Below, one piece after another: positions 27,051 to 38,600 of a stretch of DNA of 64,000 nt. The DNA comes from Camelus ferus (lineage: Eukaryota), in assembly GCF_009834535.1 (NCBI RefSeq), contig NC_045696.1, forward strand, positions 88,972,001 to 89,036,000. The letters run 5' to 3'. Position numbers and translations under genes: made by a program. The notes under the pieces were generated by a model, which was not told the origin of the DNA, made no database searches, and was given only the letters and a program-made list of their open reading frames with translations. Every line of letters begins with the position of its first letter. Position 1 is the first letter of the stretch.

Positions 27051-29104
27051 AAGATAAGGATATTATCATTTCAACCACCTCCCAACTTTTGTTAGCTTTA
27101 CTTTAAAAAAAAAAAAAGCTTGACTCAAATATAATTTACATACCATAAAATTTACCCATTTAAAATGTACAATTCAATGGTTTTTCCTGCTATTAGAGTT
27201 GTGCAACCGTCATCATAATCTAACTTTAGAACATTTTCATTACCCCAGAAAGAAACCCCAGACCCATCAGGAGCCACTCCCCATTTCTCCACAACTTTAC
27301 ACAACCACTGACCTGCTTTCTGTCTTCACAGATTTACCTATTCTGGACACTTCATGGTAGTGGAATCATAAACTGTGTGGTCTTTTGTGACTAGCTTCCT
27401 TCACTTTGCATAATGTTTTTGAGGTTCATCCATGTTTTAGCATGTACTTTATTCCTTTTTATAGCCAAATAATACCTCATTGTAGGGATATACCACATTT
27501 TGTTTTTCCATCTTAGTTGATATGAATTTGGTCATTTCCACTTTTGTTGCTTTTATGAATAATGTTGTTATAAACTGTTAGATTTAGTTTTCATTTTATT
27601 CTGTGACCATATTCTGTAATCACCTTGTCTGTCTTGACTATGGCTTGACTCTAAAAGTTGAAAAGTAATGAATAGGATTACATTATTGTGTACACATTGC
27701 TCACTACAGGAGCCAAATCGTATGCTGCGTTTACTGCTCTACAAAACTAACGTCACACTCTCTTGTTTCCCCTTGAGGCATCTCTTCCAGAGCTTTCCAC
27801 TTTCTGTCCCCATGTAGACTCACTGCAAGAGATCATCTGGGGGCTGATAATTCCTGGATAGATCCCATGTCTTTCTCTTTTTTGTTTATTTCTTTTGTTT
27901 TAAGGATATTCATCCTTGGGTAAAACATCCTCAGAAATAGTTCATGGAGGTAAATATTTTACATTTTCGTATGTCTGAAAATATCTTTATTTTACCTTCA
28001 CATTAATTGGGGCAGGTATAGCGTTCTACATGCAAAACTAGAATTCTCAGAGCCTTGAAGAAATTATTCCATTGCCTTCTGGTACCTGATACCACGGACG
28101 CTAATTCTCATGACAACTGGATTCTCCTTGCCTTGTCTGTAGTCTGCTTTTCCCCTTTCCCCTCTGAGTCTTTTTATGATCTCTTTATCCCTGGTGTTTG
28201 AAACTTCGTGATGATGGAGTCTAGTGTAGATGTTGCTTCACTTATCATGTTAGGCAGACTCATGTCTTTCTTCAGATCTTGGAAATGTTTTGTTCTTTTT
28301 TAAAAAAAGTTATTTCCTCTCCATTTCCTCGCTTCTCTTTTTTGGGACTATAAACATTGAATCTTAGCTGCTACTTTTCATCCCTTTGTCTTTTTTTTTT
28401 TTTTTTTTTTGCTTAACATTCTGGGAGATTTTTGTTTGTTTGTTTGTTTGTTTTTACTTTACATACCAGTCCCTAAATTAAATTCTTTTTTCTCTTTGGC
28501 TTTTTTTTTTTTTTTTTAATTTCAGTGGCTTCATTTGGGTTCCTGAATGGTCCTGCTTCACTGTGTTCTCTTCTTGTTTTACAGCTTACTGGCTTCTTCA
28601 GTCTCTCTAAATATTTGTTAGAAGGTTACTTATCCCTCTCTCCTCTAATTTACATTTGTATTTTTCTGTGATTGGTTGCTTTGCTCATCTTGATCCTTAT
28701 CTTTCTCACCGCTGGTCTTCTTACAAGCAGTGACCCTCAGTTTTCTGTTCATCTTTAAGACTGATGGGTCGGTCAGGTTGATTGTTCTAGGTCACTAATG
28801 TGAGTTGCATTGTAGCTCTTTTCCCCCAAGAGATCTCTTCTTAAACTGACTGAGAATTCTGCATGCTGTAGGGAGTCTGCATGTTATCATATAAAATTTG
28901 GAAATATGGGAAAATAAAAAATGTCTATTACCCACCAAACAGAAATAATTACTATTGACTTCATGATGTATTTCTTTTCAGTCTTTTCAATATGCATATT
29001 ATGGTATATTTTTAAAAACAATATTATTCCAAGTACAATTTTATGTCCTATTCTTTTCATTTATAAACAATTTCTCAAGTCACAAAATGATCTTCTATGA
29101 CATG

Positions 29105-29650
29105 ACTTTTTTATTGAAGTATGGTTGGTTTACAATGTTGCGTCAGTCTCTGGTGTACAGCATAATGTTTCAGTCATGCACACACATATATATACTCCTT
29201 TTCATATTCTTCTTCACCATAAGTTACTACAAGATATTGAATATAGTTCCCTGTGCTGTGCAGTAGAAACTTATTGTTTATCTGTTTTATATATAGCAGT
29301 TGGTGTCTATAAATCTCGAACTCCCAATTTATCCCTTCCCACCCTCTTTCCCCCTGGTAACCATAAGTTTGTTTTCTATGTGAGTATGCTTCTGTTTTGT
29401 AAATAAGTCCATTTCTATCTTTTTTTTTTAAAGATTCCACATATCAGTGATATCATATGATATTTGTCTTTCTCTGTCTGACTTACTTCATTTAGTATGA
29501 TAATCTCTAGGTCCAACTATGTTGCTGCAAATGGCATTATTTCATTCTTTTTTATGGCTGAGTAGTATTCCATTGTGTATATGTATATATACACACATCA
29601 CATCTTTATCCAGTCATCTGTTGATGGACATTTAGGTTGTTTCCATGTAT
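29105..29650 (-). mobile_element. L1 3' end (5'-truncated)
   Basis: ttttattgaagtatggttggtttacaatgttg...aggtccaactatgttgctgcaaatggc; CATGA repeated at both flanks. Confidence 0.9.
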
Positions 29651-31170
29651 GACATGATTTTCTAATGGTTATATAGTATTTCATATTATGGACAGACCAT
29701 CATTCTCTAATTCTCCTGTTGTTGGCCATTTTGATTAATCTCAGTTTTTTTTTGTTTGTTTGTTTCTTAATTTGTTATTATAGAACATATCCATCACCCT
29801 TGTGTGCTTTTACACTAATCTTAATTGCAATCCAGAAATGTACTCTGTTTGATTTAAGCAGTGAGGATTTATTGAAAAGAAAGCAGATAGCCCACCAAAT
29901 TACCATAAATCATCTGAAACTTATGATTTATATATCGTGTGTAGACACCAGTTCAAGTAAGGGCTTCTCTTTTCCCACCTCCTGCCACCTTCCTGAGCGC
30001 TGTGAGAGCCACTGCACCAGTCACACGGAGCTCACTTCCCAGTGTTTCTCCTAGATGCTCCCTCCCCATCCCATCCTGGGCCTTCTTCCCCTTCCTCATC
30101 TCCTCTGGTCAGGCCTGGGGCAAAAGTACAACTCTGAATCAATGTTACTTATTTCTCAGTATTTAAATGTTATAAATTAACCCCAAATTTTTTAGAAAAT
30201 GATGTATTCTACCTTTCTCCCTTGACCTTCATAGTAACCTGGAAGGCTGAGCTCTAATTTGGAATTCTTGTCCTGTGCCAGAATGTGATGGTCCAGGAGG
30301 AGCGAGCCTCCAGTCCTCAATCTCAGACCCTCGGCCCACCCTGCTGCTTTTCCAGTTTCACCTGTGGCTGCCAGAATAAGGGGCCCTGTGCAGGCCTGGA
30401 TGTGGGCTCGGGTGTTCGGCCAGGATCCTGGGGCCCCAGGACACAGAGCATGGTCCAGAAGAGGGGGGGCTGCGTCTCCCCACACTCCGCACTCTTGTAG
30501 GGGCATGTGACCAAAGAAGGCCCCGAGGGGTCCCTGCATGCTTGTCTGGGGTGGAGCCACTTTGGTTCAGCCCAGGCTATACTTCTTCCTGAAGCCTCCT
30601 TTGTCTCTCAGCATTCGCATGACCTCACCTTTGTCTTTCATGCTCCCAGAGCATTCAGCACGGCTATCACTCATTGAGCACTGAATCACACATTCACTGT
30701 ACTGTCATTTAGCTCTTCCCTTACAGTACTGGCTTCCTGGCTCCCCAGTCAGAAGTGTGGATTCATAGCTTAAAAGTGTCAAATATTTCAGTCATCACAA
30801 CTGATGCTTCATAAGCACTTGATAAATCAAATGGCAAAAAAATAACAGTAGACAAAGCCAATAGTAATAACTTTGTTCTCAACTTCATGCCTTATTTGAT
30901 ATTTTTGCCATAATTGAATTACATCTTTTGATGTAGGAAAAACATATATACATGCCACACCCCCAACACACACACCCTGAAAAAGCATCTTTTAATAGGT
31001 AGAAACTAGTGTTGTGATAAAAGTTGCTATATATCCAAAGTATAGCTCCAAAATCTGACTATTACATGGAAAATTTTAAGTAAACCAACACATGACAGAA
31101 TTGTTGACTTCAACATAGGACACGCTGAGAAAAGTTTCAACATAGCACACAATAATCAGTCAACAAGGCC

Positions 31171-31174
<4 letters not shown>

Positions 31175-31226
<52 letters not shown>
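31175..31226. repeat. (TA)n microsatellite followed by a short L1 3' fragment (to ~31405)
   Basis: Direct reading of the sequence. Confidence 0.9.
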
Positions 31227-31229
<3 letters not shown>

Positions 31230-31721
31230 GCTTATTTTTTTAAATTGAAGTCAGTTTACAGTGTTGTGTCAATCTCTGGTGTACAGCATGATGTTTCAGT
31301 CATACATACACATACATACATTTGTTTCATATTCTTTTTCAGTATAGGTTACTACAAGATATTGAATATAGTTCCCTGTGCTATACAGAAGAAACTTGTT
31401 GTATATCTAAGGCTACAAATATTTCCTGAACCCCTTCTGGTTGCTGAGTATGGCACTGGGCCCTAAGTCCCAGGATATTCAGTAGTAAATAAAATAAGAC
31501 AAGGTCCCTGCTCTCATATACTCATTCAAGCTGAGTGTAGCAGAGAACTGTTTTCTGTGTGTGTTTGTGTATTTATCACTTACAAATGATAAATATATAT
31601 CTATAAAGGGTGTAGTGATACATGTGTCATTAGGCGTTACACGTGTAACTCTAAACCTAAATCCAGGCCAATGAATGTGCAAGGGTCTGAGAAAGAAGTC
31701 ACAGGGTGAGCGCGGACTTAC

Positions 31722-34700
31722 CGCTTGCACAGCAGCTGCAGTCCTTCCTGCTGCTCTGAATGTGCTCTAAGTATCGGGGGTGACACGCAGGGTGCACCGG
31801 CTGAGGACTGCTTGCTCGCCTCTCTTCCTGTCCCAGCTTCGTCTTCCTTAGGACTGAAGCTCCAATTTTTTCCAGTGACTCTTTATTCAGATTCTCTTGG
31901 GTTTGATTCTAAAAGCCCTAATTAAGGCTCCTTACCATTCCTCCCTAGCAGTTGGCCAAAAAGCTTTTCAGGGATCACTGGGAACTGCTCTGAATGGCCT
32001 TTATTATTCCTGCTCTTCCCTAAATCTTTCAGGTGGAAGCAGAAAGGAAACTGGGAGAAGGAGGGGGAGGAGGATGGGCACATGGCTTTGTTCAGGCCCT
32101 TGGAGAGCATGGCCTCTCAGGCTGCCCCCACCAACAGGGGAGCTTTGGTATCGCGTAAGGACTGCACGTGGTTGGACAGTAAGGGCCCTCACGTTTAGCT
32201 GCCTGATCAACCCACAGCTCCCGGGGGGCTGCCACCCAGAATTGTAGCAGCACATCTACCCTGGGGCCCGAGGAGGCAGAGCAAGGCGACCCGGAGGATG
32301 GGATAGAGGACAAGGCTAAGAGAGACAGAGGGGATGGCAGAGACTCGGGGAAAGCCAGGCAGCCAGGGGAGCCCACTGGGGGCACCGCCCGCGGGAGAGA
32401 GCCCAGTTCCCACACACACCGCCTCAGACACAGCCATGAACTCCAGAAGCACAGGGAGGAACTGAGTGGATGATAGATTTTGCAGAGCTTCCAGGTACAA
32501 AACCAAACCCCACACATGATTCCAAAGGACCTTGCCTTCCCCCGATCAACTGCACAAAGTCTCGGAGGAACACCCCTCTCCACGTCACCCAGACCCACCC
32601 TAGGGAGAGAAGGAGCCTCAGCACTTGTCTCCACACGAGACTGAGCATGACCTAAAGAGACTTCTTCAGTGACAAGAGCAACTCAACTTTCAACTGGCAT
32701 TTCATTTTAAAGCTTTGTTTGGTAACAGCTAGTGAGTAGGAGCTCCCGGGGAAAGTCTCCAGATCTGCTGGAGCAGCTAGAGTTTAAAATAAAAAAGGTA
32801 CAGTTTATCTTTACATCCAAGGTGTAGAATGCTACGGTAGGGTTCTCTAGAGAAACGGAACCAACAGAGAGACAGACAGACAGACAGACAGGGAGATTGA
32901 TTTTGAGGAACTGGTTCAGATCATTCAGGAGGCTGAGAAGTCCCGATCTGTGGTCTGAAAGTTGGGGACCAGAGAATCAGGTGCCAAAGGTGTTCGTCCC
33001 AGTGTGAGCGTGGGAGGAGAAAGATGTTCCAGCTCGTGCATCAGGCGGAGTGAATTCTCGCTTCCTCCTTCTTTTTGTTCTATTCAGGCCCCCAGTAGAT
33101 TGGATGAGGCTCACCCACGCTGGGGAGGGCACTCTGCTTGTCTCAGTCTACTGCTTCAAATGCTAATCCCTCCCAGAAGCACCCTCGCAGACACACCCAG
33201 AAATAATGTTTAACTAGATATCTGGGCATTCCATGGCCCAGGCAAGTTGACACAGAAATTAATGCATCAGAGATGCTTTTTGTTTTAAACCCTGAAACGG
33301 GGAAGAGTCTTCTTCGTGGTCCTTCTCTTCCCCTCTGCAACTCCCAATCATAAAGCCGGCCAAGCCTGATGTGTGATATGCTAATGGGGGCAATGGAAGT
33401 TTTTTAGATGCTTTGTTTCTCAAGACAATAGTGTAGAAGATCTTAACAAAGCTATTATGTTGTTCAGAACTTTATTTTTGAATGTCAGAAGCTAATATTA
33501 CCAGTAATATTCCTAATTTCTCTTCCAGGCAGATGGATGTCCAGGGCCAACTCTAATGGTCATGTATTCATAAAGGCAAGGTATAGTGCTCATTAGTGAT
33601 TACAGAATATTGTTTCAAGTAAAATTAAAATCCATCTGTAAACACTTAGCCAGTTCACACCCTCTTCAATGCTCCCTGGTAGTGTACAGACAAGAGTGAC
33701 AGAATTACTCACTTGATTTTTTTCCTGCAAATGGAACTACATATAGTGACTCCCTGATTAACCTTGGATTCAATTTCACAAGGAATCTAATCACTGCTTT
33801 TCTGTTTGTGTGTGAAGGAAAAGGAAGAAATCATTACCTGTTAAATAAGCCAATGTGCTGCCGTTAAAGAGAGTGATAATTAGCATGATTGTCTAGTTTT
33901 CCCAAATGTTCTTTTTCTAATTTGTATTAATTGTTATTCATTCATAGCAGACCTAGAATAGCGAGAGAGAACTGTGATTTACGGATCATTTAAGATAGAT
34001 GGATTTATCTACTCCTTCCACTGTGTATTTGGCCTAAGAGATTAGTTTTTAATCTTAAATGATGAATGACAGTTTATGAGACACTAAACAACTTTTCATC
34101 TTTGCCTTTGAAGTAAAGTCAATTTTAGAAAAAAATTAATTTAAAATAAAAATGTTTCCATTAACAAAATCCTTCTGTTCATTGAAAGCTCACAGAGTTT
34201 AAATAGCCCTAGGATGCAAAAAAGCTTTCCAAGTGTACTCTGAGGCTCCGCAGATTAGAAGACATTCAAGGAGGGCCTGAGCTCTACGTACATAAGCAGA
34301 GGTTACCTCTCTCCAGGTAGAGTCAAAACGCGGTGGTAGAGATAGTCCTCTAGCTGGAGTCAAAGAGTTTCTTTCTATAAAAGTAACACTTCTGTTGCAC
34401 CCTAAAGGAGAAGAAGGATGGATTGTGCCAAAGATAAATGAGGGGGCTACTCATAGACAAAGAATATTCTAGACAATGCAGGGACCAATTTACATCAAGT
34501 TAACTGCCCTGGAGGTCAGAATGGTGGCTGTGGACAGAGTATGCAGTGACAGCCAAGGACACAAATCTGTTATAAAAGACGTTTGTATGAAAACAGATGG
34601 CCACATGCTGTCTCACGGAAGAGGTGGCTTCCCGGCCCCCATGCAAGGCCATGACTCAGGAAAGTAACCAAGCTGTCCTGTGCTCCGTGACCGACTCTGA

Positions 34701-35840
34701 GACTTGCTCCCACTCTTCCATTGTTTCCTTTCTTCTCCTCAAATTCCATAGCAGGAAGTTGTCAACTCGTTCAAATACCTAAGACCCACTTTTTTTTTTT
34801 TTATGATGTTCCTCTTCCTCCTTTCTTTAGTTCTTGCCACATCTGTGGGAAGACACATTCGAATTCCAAACGATTTAAAAGCAAACACCTGAAATATGCC
34901 TATTTGGAAGACAAGAATTTTCTCCCTAGGCTCAAGGAGCTCATACTGTCATTTATCTTGAGCCATCTTTGTACTGTACTTAGAAGGCATTGAATACATG
35001 GGGGGGGGGGGGAAGAACGCATCTTCTTCCTAGTAAATACACATGTACTATTCTTATTTTGCCATAGTCTATACATTCCATGAGGACAATCACCTCACAG
35101 CTATAATACCAAGAACCCCATTGAGATTTTTTTAAAATTTTGTTTAAAATAATTTAACAATGTCTTACTCTTAAACAAAATTATAATAATTGATCCACTA
35201 ACCCCTCAAAAAAAAAAAATGCTGGGGAAGAGAGAGCAAGCAGAAATCCAGCGCAACGTTTTACTGTTAATGTTTCCGCCTGTGTTGAGGGCAGCGGCGT
35301 CACTGGGACTTAATCCCCGGTGTGCGGGAGGTGGGGGGTGGTTCACTGGGCCGAGAGGCGGGGAAGGAGAGGAAATGGCCTCGGAGGGGCTCCAAGCAGC
35401 CAGCCCAGGGTTCGGGTGGCCACAGCACAGAGTTCTCCCCCTTTTATCCCCTTGCAAACAGAGAATGGTATTCACCTGTGATAAAGTGCAAACCCTAGCC
35501 CCAGCCTGCTCCCTCTCCGCGCCGCCTCGGCCTCCAGCCCCGCATCCAGGTCAGTCAGAGTTTTGACCAAATTGGTCGTTAGCGCGACAGGCAAGAAGCC
35601 CCTGAGACAGAAGAGCTCGCTAAATCCCCGAAGACGGGCTGTCAAACAACCGAAGGATTGTAAAGTGCGTAAGTCGTCTCCGTCCCCGTTTGCCAAACCT
35701 TCAGGGCCCGCCCTGTGTGCGCGGGTCTGGTCGCCCGGCCTCCGCAAGCCAGGAAGGCGCGCGGCTACCCCCGCCCAGAGGCCGCTGCTGCCCGGGTGTC
35801 TCTCTGACCCTCGGCGTCGTCCTCCGAGGCTGGCCCTCAT
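31722..35840 (-). pseudogene. Candidate decayed multi-exon gene B, unknown protein family
   Basis: Exons 35840-35476, 34401-34307, 33801-33713, 33365-32815 (split by an LTR) and 31908-31722, all with AG/GT boundaries. Phases join with one frameshift, in exon 2. Manual reconstruction only. Confidence 0.55.
32833..33271. mobile_element. ERVL MLT2-type LTR
   Basis: agggttctctagagaaacggaaccaacag ... gacacacccagaaataatgtttaactagatatctgggc ... aagttgacacagaaattaa; 5-bp TSD AATGC/GATGC. Confidence 0.88.
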
Positions 35841-35950
35841 TATCCCCGGATGATTACTGTTGTCACAGACCAGGTGGGGAACAGGACTGAAGAGATCCTT
35901 TCAGTCAGGACCCGCCCTCCCCCAGCACCAGGCTTAGCCCAGCAGCGCCC
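35230..35950. promoter_or_regulatory. Orphan CpG island
   Basis: Dense CpGs and high GC with GC-box-like CCCGCCC motifs; not adjacent to the KPNA4 or TRIM59 starts. Confidence 0.75.
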
Positions 35951-37994
35951 TCCTTGGGCTGAGCTCCCAGGGTGCCAGCCCCTCCCTGCAAGGCACCCCC
36001 AACCCTGGCAGCTCCATGTCATGGCTGGTTCTCACATTCACCCTCATGGACCAAAACCACTGTCTCCTCTCCCTCTCAGGCTGGCCAGTTTCTCCTTCCC
36101 AACTCTTGAAGGGCAGGGACAGATAACCCCACTGCCTGGAAAATAGAGCTCTGGGCTCGATCCTGCAGGCAGCCACCCTCGGGAGGCAGACTTGTCCAGA
36201 CAGCCTGGCCCTTCTCGCTCTAAAGCTGGAAGAAAAGTTATTTTATCTGCAAAGGCATAAACTGCAGATAAGCTGCTGACGCAGGAACTGATTTTAACTT
36301 TCATGCCTCCCCCTCGGCCACTTTTCTCCATTATCACTCCTCATTCTCACTCCCTCCCCCCCAATAACTGTCATGTTTCTAAAGTTTCTCAGTGTGTGTG
36401 TATACATACGTGTATGTGGTTATTAAAGTGACAGTTTCTTTCAAACTAAACAAATATATAAATGAATAAGAATATTATAGCATAGGCTTCAATTTGCCCA
36501 CAATGGATACAACTCAGTGATTACGCATTTTTTTTTAATTGTTGCCATCTGTGAGAGTTTTAGTCATTCATCTGCATCTGTCTCCAGTGTGCGAGTATTT
36601 CTGTTGTGTGATGCGAATTCAGGGCTCTGCATTTTGACTCTCTAGCTGCATTTCTTTGGCTGCTATTCTGCTATAAAGTGCCTGTGACTCTTTCCTTAGC
36701 TTTCCTGGGTTAAATTCTAGATACAGAGATTTCCACAGGGTACTTTGTTTGGTCTTGCTAAAAGAAGCATGTTGATCGTTAAAGTAGATGACATCTGCTC
36801 ATGACTCATCTCAGTTGTTGGTTGACTGTTCTGGATTGATTTTCAGAGGATGAGTTTGTCTTCACTTTATCTGCAAAGTCTTGGAATGACTTACCGTGAC
36901 TCCTTGCCATGGACTGAATCAGGGGTTAAGTATTTGCTGGCCAGCATCATTACCATTGGTAGTGATTAGCAAGGCCTTTCCTTTGAACTGTAAAATTTCT
37001 ACCTGGCAGAAACCCTAATAGTAGCAATGACTTTGCTTTGAGACTTGGTTTCAGTCCTAAACACACCAACGAAATTTCAAGATGAAAGATCCTTGACAGT
37101 GGCTGAGTTTCTTAGGTTCTTTTCCGTGGGAAGATTGACATTTTTCTTTCTTCTTGGGCTGGGTCATTTATTAGCATCGTTTTCATCTGGAGTCACAACC
37201 CAATATAAAGTATATCATTAATGTAACCCATTTTCTTTGCGATGACTAAAGCCTTTTCCTTGGTGACTATGGTCTGGAAAGATGAGTATGATCTTGAAAG
37301 GACTTACTGAGAAGCCTGCCTCAGACCTCGTGTTACTGACTTCTCCGTCTCCTTCACTGGGACTTTATTTCATAGTCAGCCTTGAAACAAACAATGTATC
37401 TGTTGCTGGGACCAGATGAATTGGGTGGAGGAGGGAGGAGAAAGGAATGAAGGTGGGAAGAGAGGAGGCACGGGGACCCTAACCCTCGCTCCTCCCCAGC
37501 CATGTGCCTACTTCCTCATGTCAAACACCAAACACCAGGGGTGTGGGAGGTAGAGGGAATCCAGGTTTGCTGCCCCAGCTTCAAATTTGGAACTTTTTAA
37601 AGGTTATTATTTAAAAGATAGTATTTACATTTAGTTATTTCCTCATTTCTGCTAGTGCAAATATTTGCAGCAATTGTTACAAATTTAAACCTTCATATAT
37701 TTGCAGAGGGAAGAACTGCATGGTTTTGCCGAACTGCTGGGATCCAGAGAGCCCTGGAAGTATGGGCCTCTGGAGTGGAAGGGAATTCTGAGATCAGTGC
37801 TCTCATTTGACGGATGAGAAGCCTGAGGCCCAGACAGGGGTATCTAGAGTGGTTCAGCAGGTCAGCAGCACAGCAGGGACCCAGGTGTCTCCTCCCTGGT
37901 TTAGTGCTCTAGCGCCAAAGCTCACTCTCCAAGAAATGTCTGGGTTCTCACGATGGGCCGGGTACAGTTCTGTTCTGGGCTTAGTGGATTTACT

Positions 37995-38164
37995 ATTTTT
38001 AAAAATCTAATTTAATTTTAAAACCATTTTATTTATTGTTTGTGGGGAGTTGATTAGGTTTACTTATTTACTTATCTATTTTATTTAATGGAGGCAGTGG
38101 GGATTGAACCCAGGACCTTGTGCATGGTAAGCACATGCTCTACCACTGAGCTATCCCCTCCCCC
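37995..38164 (-). mobile_element. Vic-1-like tRNA-derived SINE
   Basis: ggggattgaacccaggacc...ctgagctatcccctcccc; TSD TAGTG(G/A)ATTTACT. Confidence 0.9.
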
Positions 38165-38456
38165 TGTAGTGAATTTACTGTTAGATGGTAGTGAGTGCCA
38201 GTCTTAGGGGAGGCACAAGGTGCTGTGGGAGGGGTGAGGGAGTTCACAGGCAAGAGCCCACAGGTGTCTCTAAGGACTAATGGCTGTCATTTCGGTGTGA
38301 CTGGAGCGTGAGGAAGGGGATGTGAGGAGAAGGCCAGAGAGAGGGGGGGAAGGGTCAGATGTTGGAGAGCCATGGAGGGATGCTAGTGGGCAGCCACGGA
38401 GGGATGCTGAGCAGGACAGAGACCTGGTAAGGTCTGTGCTTTAGAAAGCCTGCTCT

Positions 38457-38600
38457 GGGAGGGTTTAGCTCAGCGATAGAGTGCTTAGCAGGCAAGAGGT
38501 CCTCAGTACCTCCATTTGAAAAATAAATCTAATTATCACTCATCCCTGCAAAAAAAAAAAAAAAAAAAGCTTAAAAAGTTAAATTAAAGAAAAAAGAGAA
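38457..38600 (+). mobile_element. Vic-1-like SINE with internal deletions (B box lost)
   Basis: gggagggtttagctcagcgatagagtg...cagtacctccattt, poly-A tail; flanking TAGAAAGCC duplication. Confidence 0.8.

Noticed and set aside
32092..32634. 180-aa minus-strand ORF
   Set aside because: GC-rich sequence with ORFs in several frames, no recognisable motif, and it lies within an inferred intron of gene B; probably repeat-derived.
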